Assembly (NCBI GenBank): GCA_963764725.1 | Contig: CAVXTM010000018.1 | Span: 320,001-384,000 of the forward strand | Source: an uncultured Gammaproteobacteria bacterium | GTDB taxonomy: Bacteria; Pseudomonadota; Gammaproteobacteria; JACCXJ01 | DNA: 64,000 nt | Direction of reading: 5' to 3' | Shown: positions 1-11,980 of the stretch, piece by piece | Layout of the letters: each line of letters opens with the position of its first letter | How positions within the stretch are numbered: the first letter of the stretch is position 1 | Program-made: the position numbers and the translations under genes | Notes under the pieces: generated by a model | Seen by the model: only the letters and a program-made list of their open reading frames with translations | Database searches by the model: none | What the model was told of the DNA's origin: nothing

Positions 1-1743
1 GTGAGCCGAATAGTTCGCGGGATTGAGGCTCAGCGACTTGGCGGACTCGACCACGGCGAGTTGCTGGAAACCGATATCGGTATAGATGCGCCCTAGGTTT
101 GTGGTACGCGTTGCCCAATCGTCGTCGAGCAACAGACGGGATCGGTAGACCGCACGGTTGTCGTTGAGGGCGATCGATTTCTGCAGATTCTGCAACGCCT
201 CGACGGGTCGATTGGTGGTTTGGTCAGAGATCGCCTCATAAAGCCAGGGAGTGGGGTCCTTGGGATCGAGTGCTTTGGCAGTATCGTATTCGCTGCGCGC
301 CAGCTCGTCTCGCTTTTGTTCGTAGTAGGCCTTGCCCAGGTAGCTGCGAGTGAGCGATTGATTCGGGTCCAGAGTCGCGGCGATCTCGATGGCTTCGGTG
401 CCTTCATCCAAGTCGCCCTGACGGATCTTCGCAAGGCCCAGCCCAAGCCGCGGGAGGGGGTCGGCCGAATCGAATCGGATGGCCTTCTCGAAGCTCGTTT
501 GCGCATCCTCAAGCTGGATCTGCGCGAGCGCCACAAAGCCGAGCACGGTTTGGGTCCTGGCGAGCATCGGATCGAGGGCCACGGCCTTCTTCGCCGCCTT
601 CAGGGCACGGCCGCGTCGGCCGAGCGATAACTCAAGCTCCGCGACGCGTGCCCAAGCGAGGCCGTTGTCTGGGGCGAGCTGAGTGGCCTGCTCCGAGCTC
701 TCTAAGGCAGCTTCGATATCGAAGCTCGCCTGCTGCGCGTAGGACAAGGCGATGTGGGGAACCGGTGACTGCGGCTCATGCGCAACGGCTTGCCGGGCGA
801 GGCGCAGGGCATTTTGCTTCTCGTTCTTCACCAATGCGATTATCGATTGCAAGGCCATGGCCGTTGCATCCGTATGCTGGAGACGAAGGGCTTGGGCGAT
901 GTCGGATCGGGCCTCATCCACGCGGCCGATCGAGAGCAGCATCGCGGCCCTGAGATTGAAATAGCGCGCGTCGCGATAACCGGCCGGAAATTCGTCGAGT
1001 CTTGCTAAAGCCTCCAGCAGCTTGCCTTGACGATAGAGATAAAGCGCATCGCGGATACGGGAAGCATCGCCACCGGCATGGACCTCACTGCGGAAATCGA
1101 TAATGGGTGGATAGTAAAGCGCCCAAGCCACGGCATCTCGCGGGCGCATCACTAAAGACCGTTGCGGCGCTTGACCGGTCTTAGCGATGGCCTGCTGCCC
1201 GCTCTGAAGCCGGACGCGTCCGGCCCTGTTCTCGGCGAGCACCGTCCCGGAAAAGACCAGGATAGCGGTGTCGTCTGCGCGGACGTGCACGAGAAACTCC
1301 GTGCCCTCGATGTAGGCATTGAGAAAAGGCGTGATGACCTTGAACGATCGCGGCGTGCGGCTCAGGAAGTTGGCGGCGCCCTTTAACAGCTCCAACCATC
1401 TCGGAGCAGAAGGTGCGACCTTCGGAAAAGTGATCGCAGTAAGTTGATCGATCTGTAAGGTGGTTTCATCCTCCCTCAGCAGGATAGCGGCGCGGCTGCG
1501 CTCGGAGACGCGGATCATGTCGCCACCGCAAAAGGTCTGTTCCAAGCCGACCGGCTGCCAGCGCGTTGCGCCAGCGCTGCGCATTTCGACCTGGCCCTGA
1601 AGGGCGACCACCTTCGCGATCCAAGGCGTGCAGCCCGGCGCGTCAGCGGCCTCGGCGCGCTGGCTCGCTGTAACTATTACCAGCGCTATCAACGCTAGCA
1701 GCAGCCTCGTACAACCAGCAACCCGTGAACTGTCTTGCCGCAT
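1..1743 (-). CDS. FecR-domain + TPR-repeat protein (partial, runs off left edge)
   Basis: Not in the ORF track. Manual translation from ATG 1743 gives MRQDSSR..LLLALIALVIVTA (signal-like)..VVALQGQVEMR..GDMIRVSERSRAAILL..LELLKGAANF..FKVITPFLNAYIEGTEF (FecR motifs), followed by Ala/Leu-rich TPR-like helices; adjacent to a CHASE2 cyclase. Confidence 0.8.
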   Translation of the reverse strand, partial: MRQDSSRVAGCTRLLLALIALVIVTASQRAEAADAPGCTPWIAKVVALQGQVEMRSAGATRWQPVGLEQTFCGGDMIRVSERSRAAILLREDETTLQIDQLTAITFPKVAPSAPRWLELLKGAANFLSRTPRSFKVITPFLNAYIEGTEFLVHVRADDTAILVFSGTVLAENRAGRVRLQSGQQAIAKTGQAPQRSLVMRPRDAVAWALYYPPIIDFRSEVHAGGDASRIRDALYLYRQGKLLEALARLDEFPAGYRDARYFNLRAAMLLSIGRVDEARSDIAQALRLQHTDATAMALQSIIALVKNEKQNALRLARQAVAHEPQSPVPHIALSYAQQASFDIEAALESSEQATQLAPDNGLAWARVAELELSLGRRGRALKAAKKAVALDPMLARTQTVLGFVALAQIQLEDAQTSFEKAIRFDSADPLPRLGLGLAKIRQGDLDEGTEAIEIAATLDPNQSLTRSYLGKAYYEQKRDELARSEYDTAKALDPKDPTPWLYEAISDQTTNRPVEALQNLQKSIALNDNRAVYRSRLLLDDDWATRTTNLGRIYTDIGFQQLAVVESAKSLSLNPANYSAH

Positions 1744-1899
1744 TTGTCGTTGCATCGCATCCCTTGTAAGGAGGCGATCCTGGAGACCTGCGTGCGCCCC
1801 CGCTCCCTCCATCAACTATAGCACGCCGCTCACGCGCCATCTAATACAGCATTGTAACCGCACCTAGGGTACTGGCCGGTCTCCCGTTCACGGTAGCAG

Positions 1900-4170
1900 C
1901 TATCGTCGGATCACCGGGTCCCACACCCCGGAGCGCGGATGGTGTTTATAGAATTCGCATTGCCGGAGGTAGAAATGCGCCGGCCCATCCTCAGGAAATA
2001 CTTCTAAGATCTCCAGTAATTGCTCAATGCTCGTTTGCCATTGCCCGTCTTTGTAGGCGTCGAGCGCATCGGCGAATGCGGCGCAAAGCCATACGACATT
2101 ACCACTGCGAGGTGTATTCAAAAGCTCTGCTTTACGTCCGAGCAGTTCGTAGATGTCTAGGGGTAGCGTCAATCCGGCAAATACAAACGCGCCGACGGGC
2201 CGTATCAACAAACCTGCTAAACCGTCGACCACATCCTTGGATGCGAGGATCCGCGTGCGCAATAGCTTGTTAAGACTTTGGATCCGTTGCGACGTGTTAA
2301 CGATGACGCCAAAGCTGCGATAGTGTTGCGTGGTTCCGATCCGGAGCCCTCCCACGGCGATGCGACCGGTATGCAACCCAATTCTGGTGGCGAGCGCTGG
2401 ATATTCCGGTTCTTTTTGGAAAGACGCAAGTGCTTCACACATATCCAGCGCCCCATCACACGCTTGCTGTCGAAGATGGATATCCGGTTTCGCGGCAGCC
2501 CAAATCGCCAGCATCGCATCACCCGTTTGATCCGATACAAACCCCTCGTGACGGGTGACCGGTTGAGCGATGGTTCTAAAATATTCGTCCATCATCGCGC
2601 TGAGCGCGATCGGATCCATGCTTTCGGATAACGACGTAAATCCCTCAATATCGGTATGCAAACAGGTTCCGTAAACTAAGCCGCTAGTCTTTCGCACAAT
2701 TTCAGGCGACTTCACGATCTGGTCAATTCCGTTGGGAGGCAGCCATTCAGTTAACGCTAGGCGGATCGTCGCTACGCGTCGTTCTAGGTCCTTACGGTTA
2801 CGCGCCACGGCGAGCGTGCTCCCAAAGAGTAGTTGAACGAGCGGTACGACCATGGGCAACCATAGCCCAGCGGCTGTAAAAACGTACAATGCGATGCCCA
2901 AGTAGCCTAGTCCAAAGCCGAGGGTGATCCCAAGTGCAACCGCGGTGCTGTACGAACGCCACAAGACGCTGATGAGAAATCCCCACCCGATAATGATCCC
3001 AAAACTCGCCGGATACCCGAGTCGCCGCACGGGCATGTCTTCTATAACGTTTCCAACAGCGGTTGCCGCTATCTCCACCCCGCTCAGTTTGACTCCGCTC
3101 GGGTCTGAATATACGGTCTCAAAAATATCCTTGTCTTTCTGCTCCACAGGTGATGTTTCGGACATTCCAATAATGATCAATTTGCCACGAAAGACATTCT
3201 GCTCATTGCAGTTACTAACCAATCCGGCGAGCCGCACGGCCTCTGGGTAGTTGATGGTTGTGACGCTGCGCGGCGGACCATAAAAGTTGAGATATTGCCA
3301 ATCGTCACTTTGATATAGATGAATAAGCGCTTTAATAGTCTGCTTCGTTGATTGTGTTAATTGAAGATGCCCGCCTTTGTCGAGCTCCGCCAGCATTTGG
3401 TAACCTATCTCTGGTTCCGTCTTGAAAAGCTCGCGCAAACGAAGGACAAGATGCGTGATACCTTTAGACGCAATGACTTGCTTCTTACTTGCAGGGAGTC
3501 TTGCAGCTTGTTCTGGACTAAGCTTCGTCAGGAGCCGAAGAAAATCCTCGTATGCGTCTAGTGCATAGAGCTGAAATGCGAGCGTAGGGAGTGTCGCGAT
3601 ATCACCCGCACTCGTCTTGAAGACCCAAAGTCCCGTCACTCCTACAGGTGCATTGGGTAATGGAAACGGGGCAACGCCGGCCGCTGCCTCCGCGAGCACG
3701 GGTACTGGAAAATAAGTCATCTGGATGTTTGCTTGGGGTACGCTTGGTAGAAGCTCATCTTCCATGATCCCCAAGTGGCCGACCAGGATGACGTTGCCAG
3801 CGTCACGTATGGCTTCAGCAAACACCCGGTCTTCGCCGGATGAACGGGGAGCGCCGAAAAACATGTCGTATACGATGACCTGAGCACACGCTTTGGAGAG
3901 CTCTCGGACAAGCTGTGCGTGTAAGGTGCGCGGCCATTGGTCGGGTTTCTCTGGCCATCCACTCTTTTTTGCACTGCGGCGGTCCGCAGCGATTATCACG
4001 ACCTCCGACGGTGCCCCTATTGGCCCCCGGGCCCAGAAGAGCCACCCCAAACCGTATCGCTCCTCTACGTCTAAACCATACGGCGCCCAGCTCAACAATA
4101 GTCCGATGAAGGTGACGAGTAATGCGAGGTAGAGACCTTTTAGTTCGCTTGTCCCCTTAATAAATGCCAA
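1900..4170 (-). CDS. CHASE2-domain class III nucleotidyl cyclase, membrane-bound
   Basis: WPRTLHAQLV and SGVEIAAT CHASE2 motifs, 3 TM helices, TDIEGFTSLSE / GDAML / RIGLHTG / VNTSQRIQ cyclase motifs. Confidence 0.9.
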   Translation of the reverse strand: MAFIKGTSELKGLYLALLVTFIGLLLSWAPYGLDVEERYGLGWLFWARGPIGAPSEVVIIAADRRSAKKSGWPEKPDQWPRTLHAQLVRELSKACAQVIVYDMFFGAPRSSGEDRVFAEAIRDAGNVILVGHLGIMEDELLPSVPQANIQMTYFPVPVLAEAAAGVAPFPLPNAPVGVTGLWVFKTSAGDIATLPTLAFQLYALDAYEDFLRLLTKLSPEQAARLPASKKQVIASKGITHLVLRLRELFKTEPEIGYQMLAELDKGGHLQLTQSTKQTIKALIHLYQSDDWQYLNFYGPPRSVTTINYPEAVRLAGLVSNCNEQNVFRGKLIIIGMSETSPVEQKDKDIFETVYSDPSGVKLSGVEIAATAVGNVIEDMPVRRLGYPASFGIIIGWGFLISVLWRSYSTAVALGITLGFGLGYLGIALYVFTAAGLWLPMVVPLVQLLFGSTLAVARNRKDLERRVATIRLALTEWLPPNGIDQIVKSPEIVRKTSGLVYGTCLHTDIEGFTSLSESMDPIALSAMMDEYFRTIAQPVTRHEGFVSDQTGDAMLAIWAAAKPDIHLRQQACDGALDMCEALASFQKEPEYPALATRIGLHTGRIAVGGLRIGTTQHYRSFGVIVNTSQRIQSLNKLLRTRILASKDVVDGLAGLLIRPVGAFVFAGLTLPLDIYELLGRKAELLNTPRSGNVVWLCAAFADALDAYKDGQWQTSIEQLLEILEVFPEDGPAHFYLRQCEFYKHHPRSGVWDPVIRR

Positions 4171-4401
4171 GTGACACCGCCGAAACAGCTCAATTTAAGT
4201 GCGAATAGCGATACTTTGGCGCGCCCGAGAAACACTTCTATGCGAACTGGGCCGGGCGGTAGATTCCCGGGTTCTCTGCCTGCTGAGGCAGATGAAGTTG
4301 TTGGAGTGGTTTTGTCCAACATGTGGGACGGAAGAATAACTCGGAGAAGACTATGTTATGTCCCAATTCTACCTTGGGTAAAGATAGTACGGATTTTATG
4401 A

Positions 4402-4482
<81 letters not shown>

Positions 4483-4516
4483 GAGGAATTGTACCCCGCT
4501 GTCGGCGCGCTGCCCA

Positions 4517-4873
4517 TCACCGTCGCAGGATATCGAGCACTTGCTCGAGCTCGACGCGCAACTGCCGGATGATTTGTTGGCTTACGCTAGAATCGGCTTT
4601 CACTTCGTCCCCCGAGAGCCGCTGCCGCGCCCCGCCGATGGTAAACCCTTGTTCATACAGGAGGCTGCGGATCTGCCGGATCAGGATCACATCCTGTCGC
4701 TGATAGTAACGTCGATTGCCGCGGCGCTTGATCGGCTTTAACTGCGGAAACTCCTGTTCCCAATAGCGCAGTACATGGGGTTTTACCGCGCACAGATCGC
4801 TCACTTCACCGATGGTGAAATAGCGCTTTCCCGGGATCGCGGGGAGTTCGTTATTGTTCGATGCTTCCAGCAT
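4517..4873 (-). CDS. MerR-family transcriptional regulator
   Basis: [28 protein letters not shown]; conserved downstream of ihfA. Confidence 0.93.
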   Translation of the reverse strand: MLEASNNNELPAIPGKRYFTIGEVSDLCAVKPHVLRYWEQEFPQLKPIKRRGNRRYYQRQDVILIRQIRSLLYEQGFTIGGARQRLSGDEVKADSSVSQQIIRQLRVELEQVLDILRR

Positions 4874-5159
4874 ACGCTTCTACCCTGGCCTTTAATTTTT
4901 GTCCTGGCCGGAACGTCACCACCCGGCGAGCACTGATGGGTATCGCCTCTCCGGTTTTCGGATTGCGGCCGGGGCGCCGGTTCTTCTTTCTGAGATCGAA
5001 ATTTCCAAAACCGGAAAGCTTGACCTGCCGCCCACTCTCTAACGCCGCCCGGACCTCCTCGAAGAATTGTTCCACCAGCTCTTTGGCCTCACGCTTATTC
5101 AAGCCAACCTCTTCGTAAAGCTTTACCGCCATCCCAGCCTTGGTCAGCGCCGCGTTCAT
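4851..5159 (-). CDS. ihfA: Integration host factor alpha
   Basis: [22 protein letters not shown]; ATG 5159 with GAGGAGG RBS. Confidence 0.97.
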   Translation of the reverse strand: MNAALTKAGMAVKLYEEVGLNKREAKELVEQFFEEVRAALESGRQVKLSGFGNFDLRKKNRRPGRNPKTGEAIPISARRVVTFRPGQKLKARVEAYAGSIEQ

Positions 5160-5213
5160 ATCCTCCTCCTCGTCGTTAGACACTGCAAACTACCCTCGCG
5201 CCCGGCCGAGCGC

Positions 5214-7589
5214 TTAGGTCCGCACTGTGACCTCGAACCGTTCCTGCAACCGTTTTAGGACCCGCTCGACCGCCTGATCGACTTCAACGTCTATTAGAGT
5301 GCTTGAAGTCCCTTGAAAGATCAAGCCCAAGGCAATACTTTTTTTCTTCGGATCAATACGTTCGCCCTCATATAAATCAAACAACTGGAAGTCCTTTAGC
5401 CCATCGGGTGCTGTTTCCGCGACGCACCGTATCAGCTCATCGGCCGCAACGCCGCGGTCTACCAACAGGCTAATATCGCGCCTAACCATCGGTAACTTCG
5501 AGATAGGGCTGAATCGTGGGACCGATCCTTGGGTGAGAAGGTTTAACTCGAGCTCGAAGAGGAATACCGGTGGTTCCAGCCCGAGGGCCGCCGCCAGCCC
5601 GGGGTGCAGGGCGCCGAAGATGCCGAGCGATTGGTTCCCTTTGTGAACCCTACTCGCATGGTATGGATGTAACGTGGGGTGCTCAGTGGGTCGATAAGAA
5701 AGACCTTCGGGCATGTCGCCGCGGAGCCCCAAGAGGGCCTCGACATCGCCTTTAAGATCGAAAAAATCGGCCCCCCGCTTGGGCTCGGCCCATTGCTCCG
5801 GATGTTGGAGACCCCAGAGCACGCCCCCCAACATCGGCCGCTGGTCGATTCCTCCTCGTCCGCGGACGAAGGTCAGCCCGCTTTCGAACAAGCGCACGCG
5901 GTCGCATTGACGGTTCTGGTTGTACTTGAGCGCTTGCAGGAGCCCGGCCCAGAGGCTCGTCCGCATGACCGCCATATCGCTCGCGATCGGATTAGCTAGC
6001 GCCACGGGTTCGAGATCGGGTGTGAGGCGCGCCTGCACAGCGGGGTCCACAAAACTATAGGTAATCGCCTCCTGATAGCCGCGCTCAACCAAGACCTGGC
6101 GAATGCGGCCGAGATCGATCTGGGCCTCTGGACGCCCGCGCATGCTCATAAGCTGCCGTGGCGGTTGTCCGGGGATGGTCTCGTAGCCCCGGATGCGTGC
6201 CACTTCCTCGATGAGATCGGGCTCGATGGCCAGATCGAACCGGAACGAAGGCGGGACGCAGTCCCAAACGCCATCTCCGCCGCTCACCCGCACCCCCAGG
6301 CGAGTCAGAATAGTTTCCACTTCCGTCGCCGCGACCTCCGTTCCCAAGACCCGCGCGATACGGCTGGCCCGTAATTTTATCACCTGGCGCTGGGGAAGAT
6401 GTTCTGCGTAGAGGCGATCCACCACGGGGCCCGGCTGACCGCCGCAGATCGCCACCAAGAGCTCGCTCGCGCGCTCGATGGCCCGAACTTGGAGATCGAA
6501 ATCGACGCCACGCTCGAAGCGGTGTGAGGAATCGGTTTGTAGATGGTAGCGGCGCGCCTTGCCGGCCACGCTCACCGGTGTGAAAAAGGCGCTTTCCAGG
6601 AACACCGCGCGCGTCGCCACGGTGACCGCCGTCTCCACCCCCCCCATGATCCCGGCCAAGGCCACCGGTTGCTTGGCATCCGCGATCACCAAGGTGTCCG
6701 CATCCAGCTCCAACGTCTGTCCGTCGAGGAGCGCGAGCCGCTCACCCGGATGGCTAAAGCGCACGACGATGGCTTCTTGGAGTTTCTCGAGATCGAAAGC
6801 GTGCATCGGCTGTCCGAGCTCCAGCATCACGAAATTGGTGACATCGACGACCGAACTAACGCTGCGTAGACCGCTGCGGCGCAAGCGTTCGCGCATCCAC
6901 AGCGGCGTCTCGGCCCGTGGATCGATCCCGCGCACTACGCGGCCGGCGTAATGCGGACAGGCGTCCGGGGCGGCGATCGTAAGCGGCCAAACCTCATCGA
7001 TTCCGGGCAGGACCCGATGGGGCGCGGGGCCATGGATAGGACAGCCATAAAGAACGCCGATCTCGCGGGCGAGCCCGGCCACCCCCAAGCAATCACCCCG
7101 GTTCGGGGTAAGAGCCACATCGAGCGCCTGGTCCGCGAGTGCCAATGCCTCCCAAACATCCGCTCCAACGGGTAGGGTGAGCGGAAGCTCCAGGATACCC
7201 TCGCCGGTCCCGGCCAATCCCAGCTCGTCGGGAGAGCAGAGCATACCCTCTGAAATCACCCCCTCGAAGGATGCGCGTTCGATGATCCTGCCGCCAGGCA
7301 GATCTGCGCCTATGCGGGCGAGAGGGACGCGCATGCCGATGCGCACGTTGCTGGCGCCACAGACGACTACGGCCGGATCTCCGTAGCTCACGGTGCAGAC
7401 GCGCAGATGCGCAAGCGTCGGGTGCGGGTGTAGCGCTTCGATCTCCGCCGCAACGACACCCCGGAACTCCTTTGCCACCGGCTCCACCGATTCGACCTCC
7501 AACCCCGCCAGGGTGAGGCGTTCGGCCAGTTCCGCCGTCGCCACCGGCGGATTGACCCACTCCCTGAGCCAGGCTTCACTCACACGCAT
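5214..7589 (-). CDS. pheT: Phenylalanyl-tRNA synthetase beta subunit
   Basis: MRVSEAWLREWVNP, TPNRGDCL, DLIEEVARIRGY, FDX-ACB C-terminus. Confidence 0.98.
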   Translation of the reverse strand: MRVSEAWLREWVNPPVATAELAERLTLAGLEVESVEPVAKEFRGVVAAEIEALHPHPTLAHLRVCTVSYGDPAVVVCGASNVRIGMRVPLARIGADLPGGRIIERASFEGVISEGMLCSPDELGLAGTGEGILELPLTLPVGADVWEALALADQALDVALTPNRGDCLGVAGLAREIGVLYGCPIHGPAPHRVLPGIDEVWPLTIAAPDACPHYAGRVVRGIDPRAETPLWMRERLRRSGLRSVSSVVDVTNFVMLELGQPMHAFDLEKLQEAIVVRFSHPGERLALLDGQTLELDADTLVIADAKQPVALAGIMGGVETAVTVATRAVFLESAFFTPVSVAGKARRYHLQTDSSHRFERGVDFDLQVRAIERASELLVAICGGQPGPVVDRLYAEHLPQRQVIKLRASRIARVLGTEVAATEVETILTRLGVRVSGGDGVWDCVPPSFRFDLAIEPDLIEEVARIRGYETIPGQPPRQLMSMRGRPEAQIDLGRIRQVLVERGYQEAITYSFVDPAVQARLTPDLEPVALANPIASDMAVMRTSLWAGLLQALKYNQNRQCDRVRLFESGLTFVRGRGGIDQRPMLGGVLWGLQHPEQWAEPKRGADFFDLKGDVEALLGLRGDMPEGLSYRPTEHPTLHPYHASRVHKGNQSLGIFGALHPGLAAALGLEPPVFLFELELNLLTQGSVPRFSPISKLPMVRRDISLLVDRGVAADELIRCVAETAPDGLKDFQLFDLYEGERIDPKKKSIALGLIFQGTSSTLIDVEVDQAVERVLKRLQERFEVTVRT

Positions 7590-7608
7590 GCTATGGTCCT
7601 ACGGTCGA

Positions 7609-8646
<1,038 letters not shown>

Positions 8647-8653
8647 CTAAAAC

Positions 8654-8683
8654 AAAAAAAGGGGATAGGCTGTCCCTTCCCCT
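8654..8683 (-). terminator. Rho-independent terminator-like hairpin between rplT and pheS
   Basis: Minus strand GGGGAAGG-GACAG-CCTATCCCC followed by T7. Confidence 0.6.
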
Positions 8684-8729
8684 AACCCTGCTCGGTTACC
8701 GACGGTTTATCTTCGCTAGCGTCGGTCGC

Positions 8730-9083
8730 TCATAACGCGGCCTTGGCGGCCTTCGCGATTTCGGCAAACGCGGCCTGGTCGCTGACGGCGAGGTGGGCGA
8801 GCACCTTGCGGTCGATTTCGATGGCTGCCTTGTGCAGACCGTCCATTAAGCGGCTGTAGGACAACCCACATTGCCGGGCCGCGGCATTGATGCGCACGAT
8901 CCACAAGGCCCGGAACTGACGTTTGCGCTGCCGCCGATCGCGATAGGCGTATTGCTGGGCACGGGTGACGCATTGTTTGGCGATCCGATAGACATTCTTG
9001 CGCCGGCCGCGATAGCCCTTCGCCTGTGCGAGGACCTTCTTGTGTCTTGCGCGCGCGGTGACTCCGCGCTTTACTCTTGGCAT
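8730..9083 (-). CDS. rplT: 50S ribosomal protein L20
   Basis: [39 protein letters not shown]; true start ATG 9083. Confidence 0.98.
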   Translation of the reverse strand: MPRVKRGVTARARHKKVLAQAKGYRGRRKNVYRIAKQCVTRAQQYAYRDRRQRKRQFRALWIVRINAAARQCGLSYSRLMDGLHKAAIEIDRKVLAHLAVSDQAAFAEIAKAAKAAL

Positions 9084-9100
9084 AGCAGCATACTCATTCC

Positions 9101-9298
9101 CTAGGAATACGGCATCAGTTTGGTGATCGCGCGCTGGTCGGAACCGTGGATGATCAGCAACCCGCACAATTGCCGTTTCCGCTTGGCGCTCTTCTTGGTC
9201 AAGATGTGGCTCTTGTACGCTTGGCGGTGCTTGAACCGGCCCGATGCGGTGCGCTTGAACCGCTTCGCCGCGCCTCGATTGGTTTTTAACTTTGGCAC
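9101..9298 (-). CDS. rpmI: 50S ribosomal protein L35
   Basis: [23 protein letters not shown]. Confidence 0.97.
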   Translation of the reverse strand: MPKLKTNRGAAKRFKRTASGRFKHRQAYKSHILTKKSAKRKRQLCGLLIIHGSDQRAITKLMPYS

Positions 9299-9322
9299 TT
9301 CCTACTCCCGATAACCGTGCTT

Positions 9323-9442
9323 ATTAAACGCATACCCCGCGGTCTTGCCGCGGGTACCTTAGCGATGGGGTTTCCAAAGGGGAGAAGCGCAGCTCTCCCC
9401 TTTGGTCAGGGCGGAGTTCACACCCCGCTCGCGAAGTATATT
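9323..9442 (+). repeat. ~120-bp dispersed multi-hairpin repeat (MITE-like), copy 1
   Basis: Near-identical reverse-complement copy at 57544-57661; includes the hairpin CCAAAGGGGAGA..TCTCCCCTTTGG. Confidence 0.85.
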
Positions 9443-9447
9443 AGCTA

Positions 9448-9960
9448 TCACGCGCGTTTGGGCGACACCACCATCACCATTTGCCGCCCCTCGAGACGCG
9501 GGAACTGCTCGACGACCGCATGCGTGGCTAAATCCCCTTCGACCCGTTTCAGCATCTGCGCCCCCAGTTCTTGGTGCGCCATCTCCCTGCCCCGAAACCG
9601 GAGCGTGACCTTGACTTTGTCCCCCTCGTCGAGAAACCGGATCATGTTCCGGAGCTTAATCTGGTAATCCCCTTGATCCGTGCCGGGTCGGAGCTTGATC
9701 TCCTTGACCTGAATCTGCTTCTGCTTGCGTTTCTGCGCATGGCGTTTTTTACTCAACTCGAACAGGAACTTGCCGAAGTCCATCACGCGGCAAACGGGAG
9801 GGTCCGCCGTCGGGACAATCTCTACCAGGTCTAGGTTATTCTCCTCCGCAGTCTTCTGAGCCTCCGCCAGTGAAACAACGCCGACTTGATTCCCATCCGG
9901 CCCGATCAGGCGCACGCGTGGCGCGCTTATTGACGCATTGACTCGATTTTTCTTATCGAT
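9448..9960 (-). CDS. infC: Translation initiation factor IF-3 (non-canonical ATC start)
   Basis: [26 protein letters not shown]; frame is open to ATC 9960, 8 nt after GGAGG, with an in-frame TGA two codons upstream. Confidence 0.93.
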   Translation of the reverse strand: MDKKNRVNASISAPRVRLIGPDGNQVGVVSLAEAQKTAEENNLDLVEIVPTADPPVCRVMDFGKFLFELSKKRHAQKRKQKQIQVKEIKLRPGTDQGDYQIKLRNMIRFLDEGDKVKVTLRFRGREMAHQELGAQMLKRVEGDLATHAVVEQFPRLEGRQMVMVVSPKRA

Positions 9961-11890
9961 ATCTCAATCCTCCTGCTGATGTCCGGCCGCGTGTCGTGAT
10001 CTCGGTTTGTAGGCGCTCAGTCATCTCGTTCAAGCTCATCGTCCCCAAATCCTTACCGGCCCGGGTGCGCACCGAGACGGTTTGCGTTTGTATCTCTCGG
10101 TCGCCGGCGATGATCATATACGGCACTCGCTGCAACGTGTGCTCGCGGATCTTAAGGCCGATCTTTTCATTTCTCAAGTCAGGAACCACTCGAAATCCGT
10201 GAGTTAAAAGGGTTTCCGCAAGCCGCTGTGCGTACTCGGCTTGACCGTCGGTGATGTTGAGAACCGCGATTTGTAGCGGCGCCAACCACAATGGCAAAGC
10301 CCCGGCATGTTCCTCGATCAGGATCCCGATAAAACGCTCCAACGAGCCGAGGATCGCCCGGTGCAGCATCACGGGCGTGCGGCGCGCGCCGTCCTCGGCG
10401 ATGTAGTGAGCGCCCAGACGCTCCGGCATTGAAAAGTCGACCTGAATGGTGCCGCATTGCCACACGCGTCCGATACAATCGGTGAGAGAGAATTCAATCT
10501 TTGGACCGTAAAAAGCCCCTTCACCCGGTTGCAGCGCCCACGCCAGCCCCTCGGCGTTCAAGGCCACTTCGAGCGCCTGTTCCGCCTTATCCCAAACTGC
10601 GTCGCTGCCGACGCGCTCTGCGGGACGCGTGGAGAGTTTCACGATGACGTCGGTAAAACCGAAATCGCCATAGACCTCGAACAGCAGGTCGATAAAGGCT
10701 GAGACCTCCGCTTGGATCTGATCGTCGGTGCAGAAGATATGGGCGTCATCTTGCACGAAATGGCGCGCGCGCATCAGCCCGTGCAAGGTACCCGACGGCT
10801 CGTTACGATGGCAAGATCCGAATTCGGCCAGCCGCAGCGGTAACTCCCGGTAGCTGCGCAAGCTCTGGTTGAAGATCTGCACGTGGCACGGGCAGTTCAT
10901 GGGCTTGACCGCGTAATCGCGGTTCTCCGAGCTAGTCGTAAACATGACTTCGCGGAATTTATCCCAATGCCCGGACCGCTCCCACAGGCTTCGATCCACG
11001 ACCTCGGGGGTCCGCACTTCTTGATAGCCATGCCGGTGCAGTTTCTCGCGAATGTAGGTTTGGATCGTCTGATAGATCGCCCACCCCTTCGGGTGCCAGA
11101 ACACCATCCCCGGCGCCTCGGGCTGCATGTGAAAGAGGTGCAAGTGCTTGCCGATCTTGCGGTGATCGCGCCTCTCCGCCTCTTCCAGCCGCCGGAGATA
11201 GGCATCTAGCGCCTGTTGGTCTGGCCACGCGGTGCCGTAAATCCTTTGCAGCATTTCGTTACGCGGATCCCCGCGCCAATAAGCGCCAGCCACCTTGGTG
11301 AGCTTGAAGGCCTTGAGCTTGCCGGTGCTTGGGACATGCGGACCGCGGCAGAGATCGATGAAATCGCCCTGGCCGTAGAGCGAGATCTCGTCCCCGTCGG
11401 GGATGGAGGCGATGATCTCGGCCTTGTAGTGCTCTCCCAAGCTTCTAAAAAACGCCACGGCTTCGTCGCGCGCCAGGAGCGAGCGAGTCACCTTGAAATC
11501 GCTCTTGGCGAGCTCCCGCATCTTGGCCTCAATGGCCTCCAGATCTTCGGGTGTGAAGGTGCGTTCGTAGGCAAAGTCGTAATAAAACCCATCGTCTATC
11601 ACCGGACCGATCGTTACCTGAGCGCTGGGAAACAGGCTCTTGACCGCTTGGGCCAGGAGGTGCGCGCAGCTATGGCGCAAGACCTCAAGCCCTTCGGCAT
11701 CGGTGCTCTTGACGAGCGCAAGCTGACAATCCCGGTTGATGACATACGAGGTGTCCACGAGACGCCCATCGACCTTGCCGGCCAAGGCGGCGCGGGCGAG
11801 ACCGGGGCCGATCGCCTGGGCGACGTCGGCCACGGACACCGGTTGTGAAAATTCCTTGCGGTTCCCGTCGGGGAGGGTGACTGCGGGCAT
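9953..11890 (-). CDS. thrS: Threonyl-tRNA synthetase
   Basis: TGS domain, [28 protein letters not shown]. Confidence 0.98.
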   Translation of the reverse strand: MPAVTLPDGNRKEFSQPVSVADVAQAIGPGLARAALAGKVDGRLVDTSYVINRDCQLALVKSTDAEGLEVLRHSCAHLLAQAVKSLFPSAQVTIGPVIDDGFYYDFAYERTFTPEDLEAIEAKMRELAKSDFKVTRSLLARDEAVAFFRSLGEHYKAEIIASIPDGDEISLYGQGDFIDLCRGPHVPSTGKLKAFKLTKVAGAYWRGDPRNEMLQRIYGTAWPDQQALDAYLRRLEEAERRDHRKIGKHLHLFHMQPEAPGMVFWHPKGWAIYQTIQTYIREKLHRHGYQEVRTPEVVDRSLWERSGHWDKFREVMFTTSSENRDYAVKPMNCPCHVQIFNQSLRSYRELPLRLAEFGSCHRNEPSGTLHGLMRARHFVQDDAHIFCTDDQIQAEVSAFIDLLFEVYGDFGFTDVIVKLSTRPAERVGSDAVWDKAEQALEVALNAEGLAWALQPGEGAFYGPKIEFSLTDCIGRVWQCGTIQVDFSMPERLGAHYIAEDGARRTPVMLHRAILGSLERFIGILIEEHAGALPLWLAPLQIAVLNITDGQAEYAQRLAETLLTHGFRVVPDLRNEKIGLKIREHTLQRVPYMIIAGDREIQTQTVSVRTRAGKDLGTMSLNEMTERLQTEITTRGRTSAGGLRYR

Positions 11891-11980
11891 GGATGCAGCG
11901 ATTTAGGCGCTTGCGCGTTCGGTTGGCTCTAGCGATTGCATCGCCGAACTCTCGGAGATTCTATGGCTCTTCGGCAAAAT

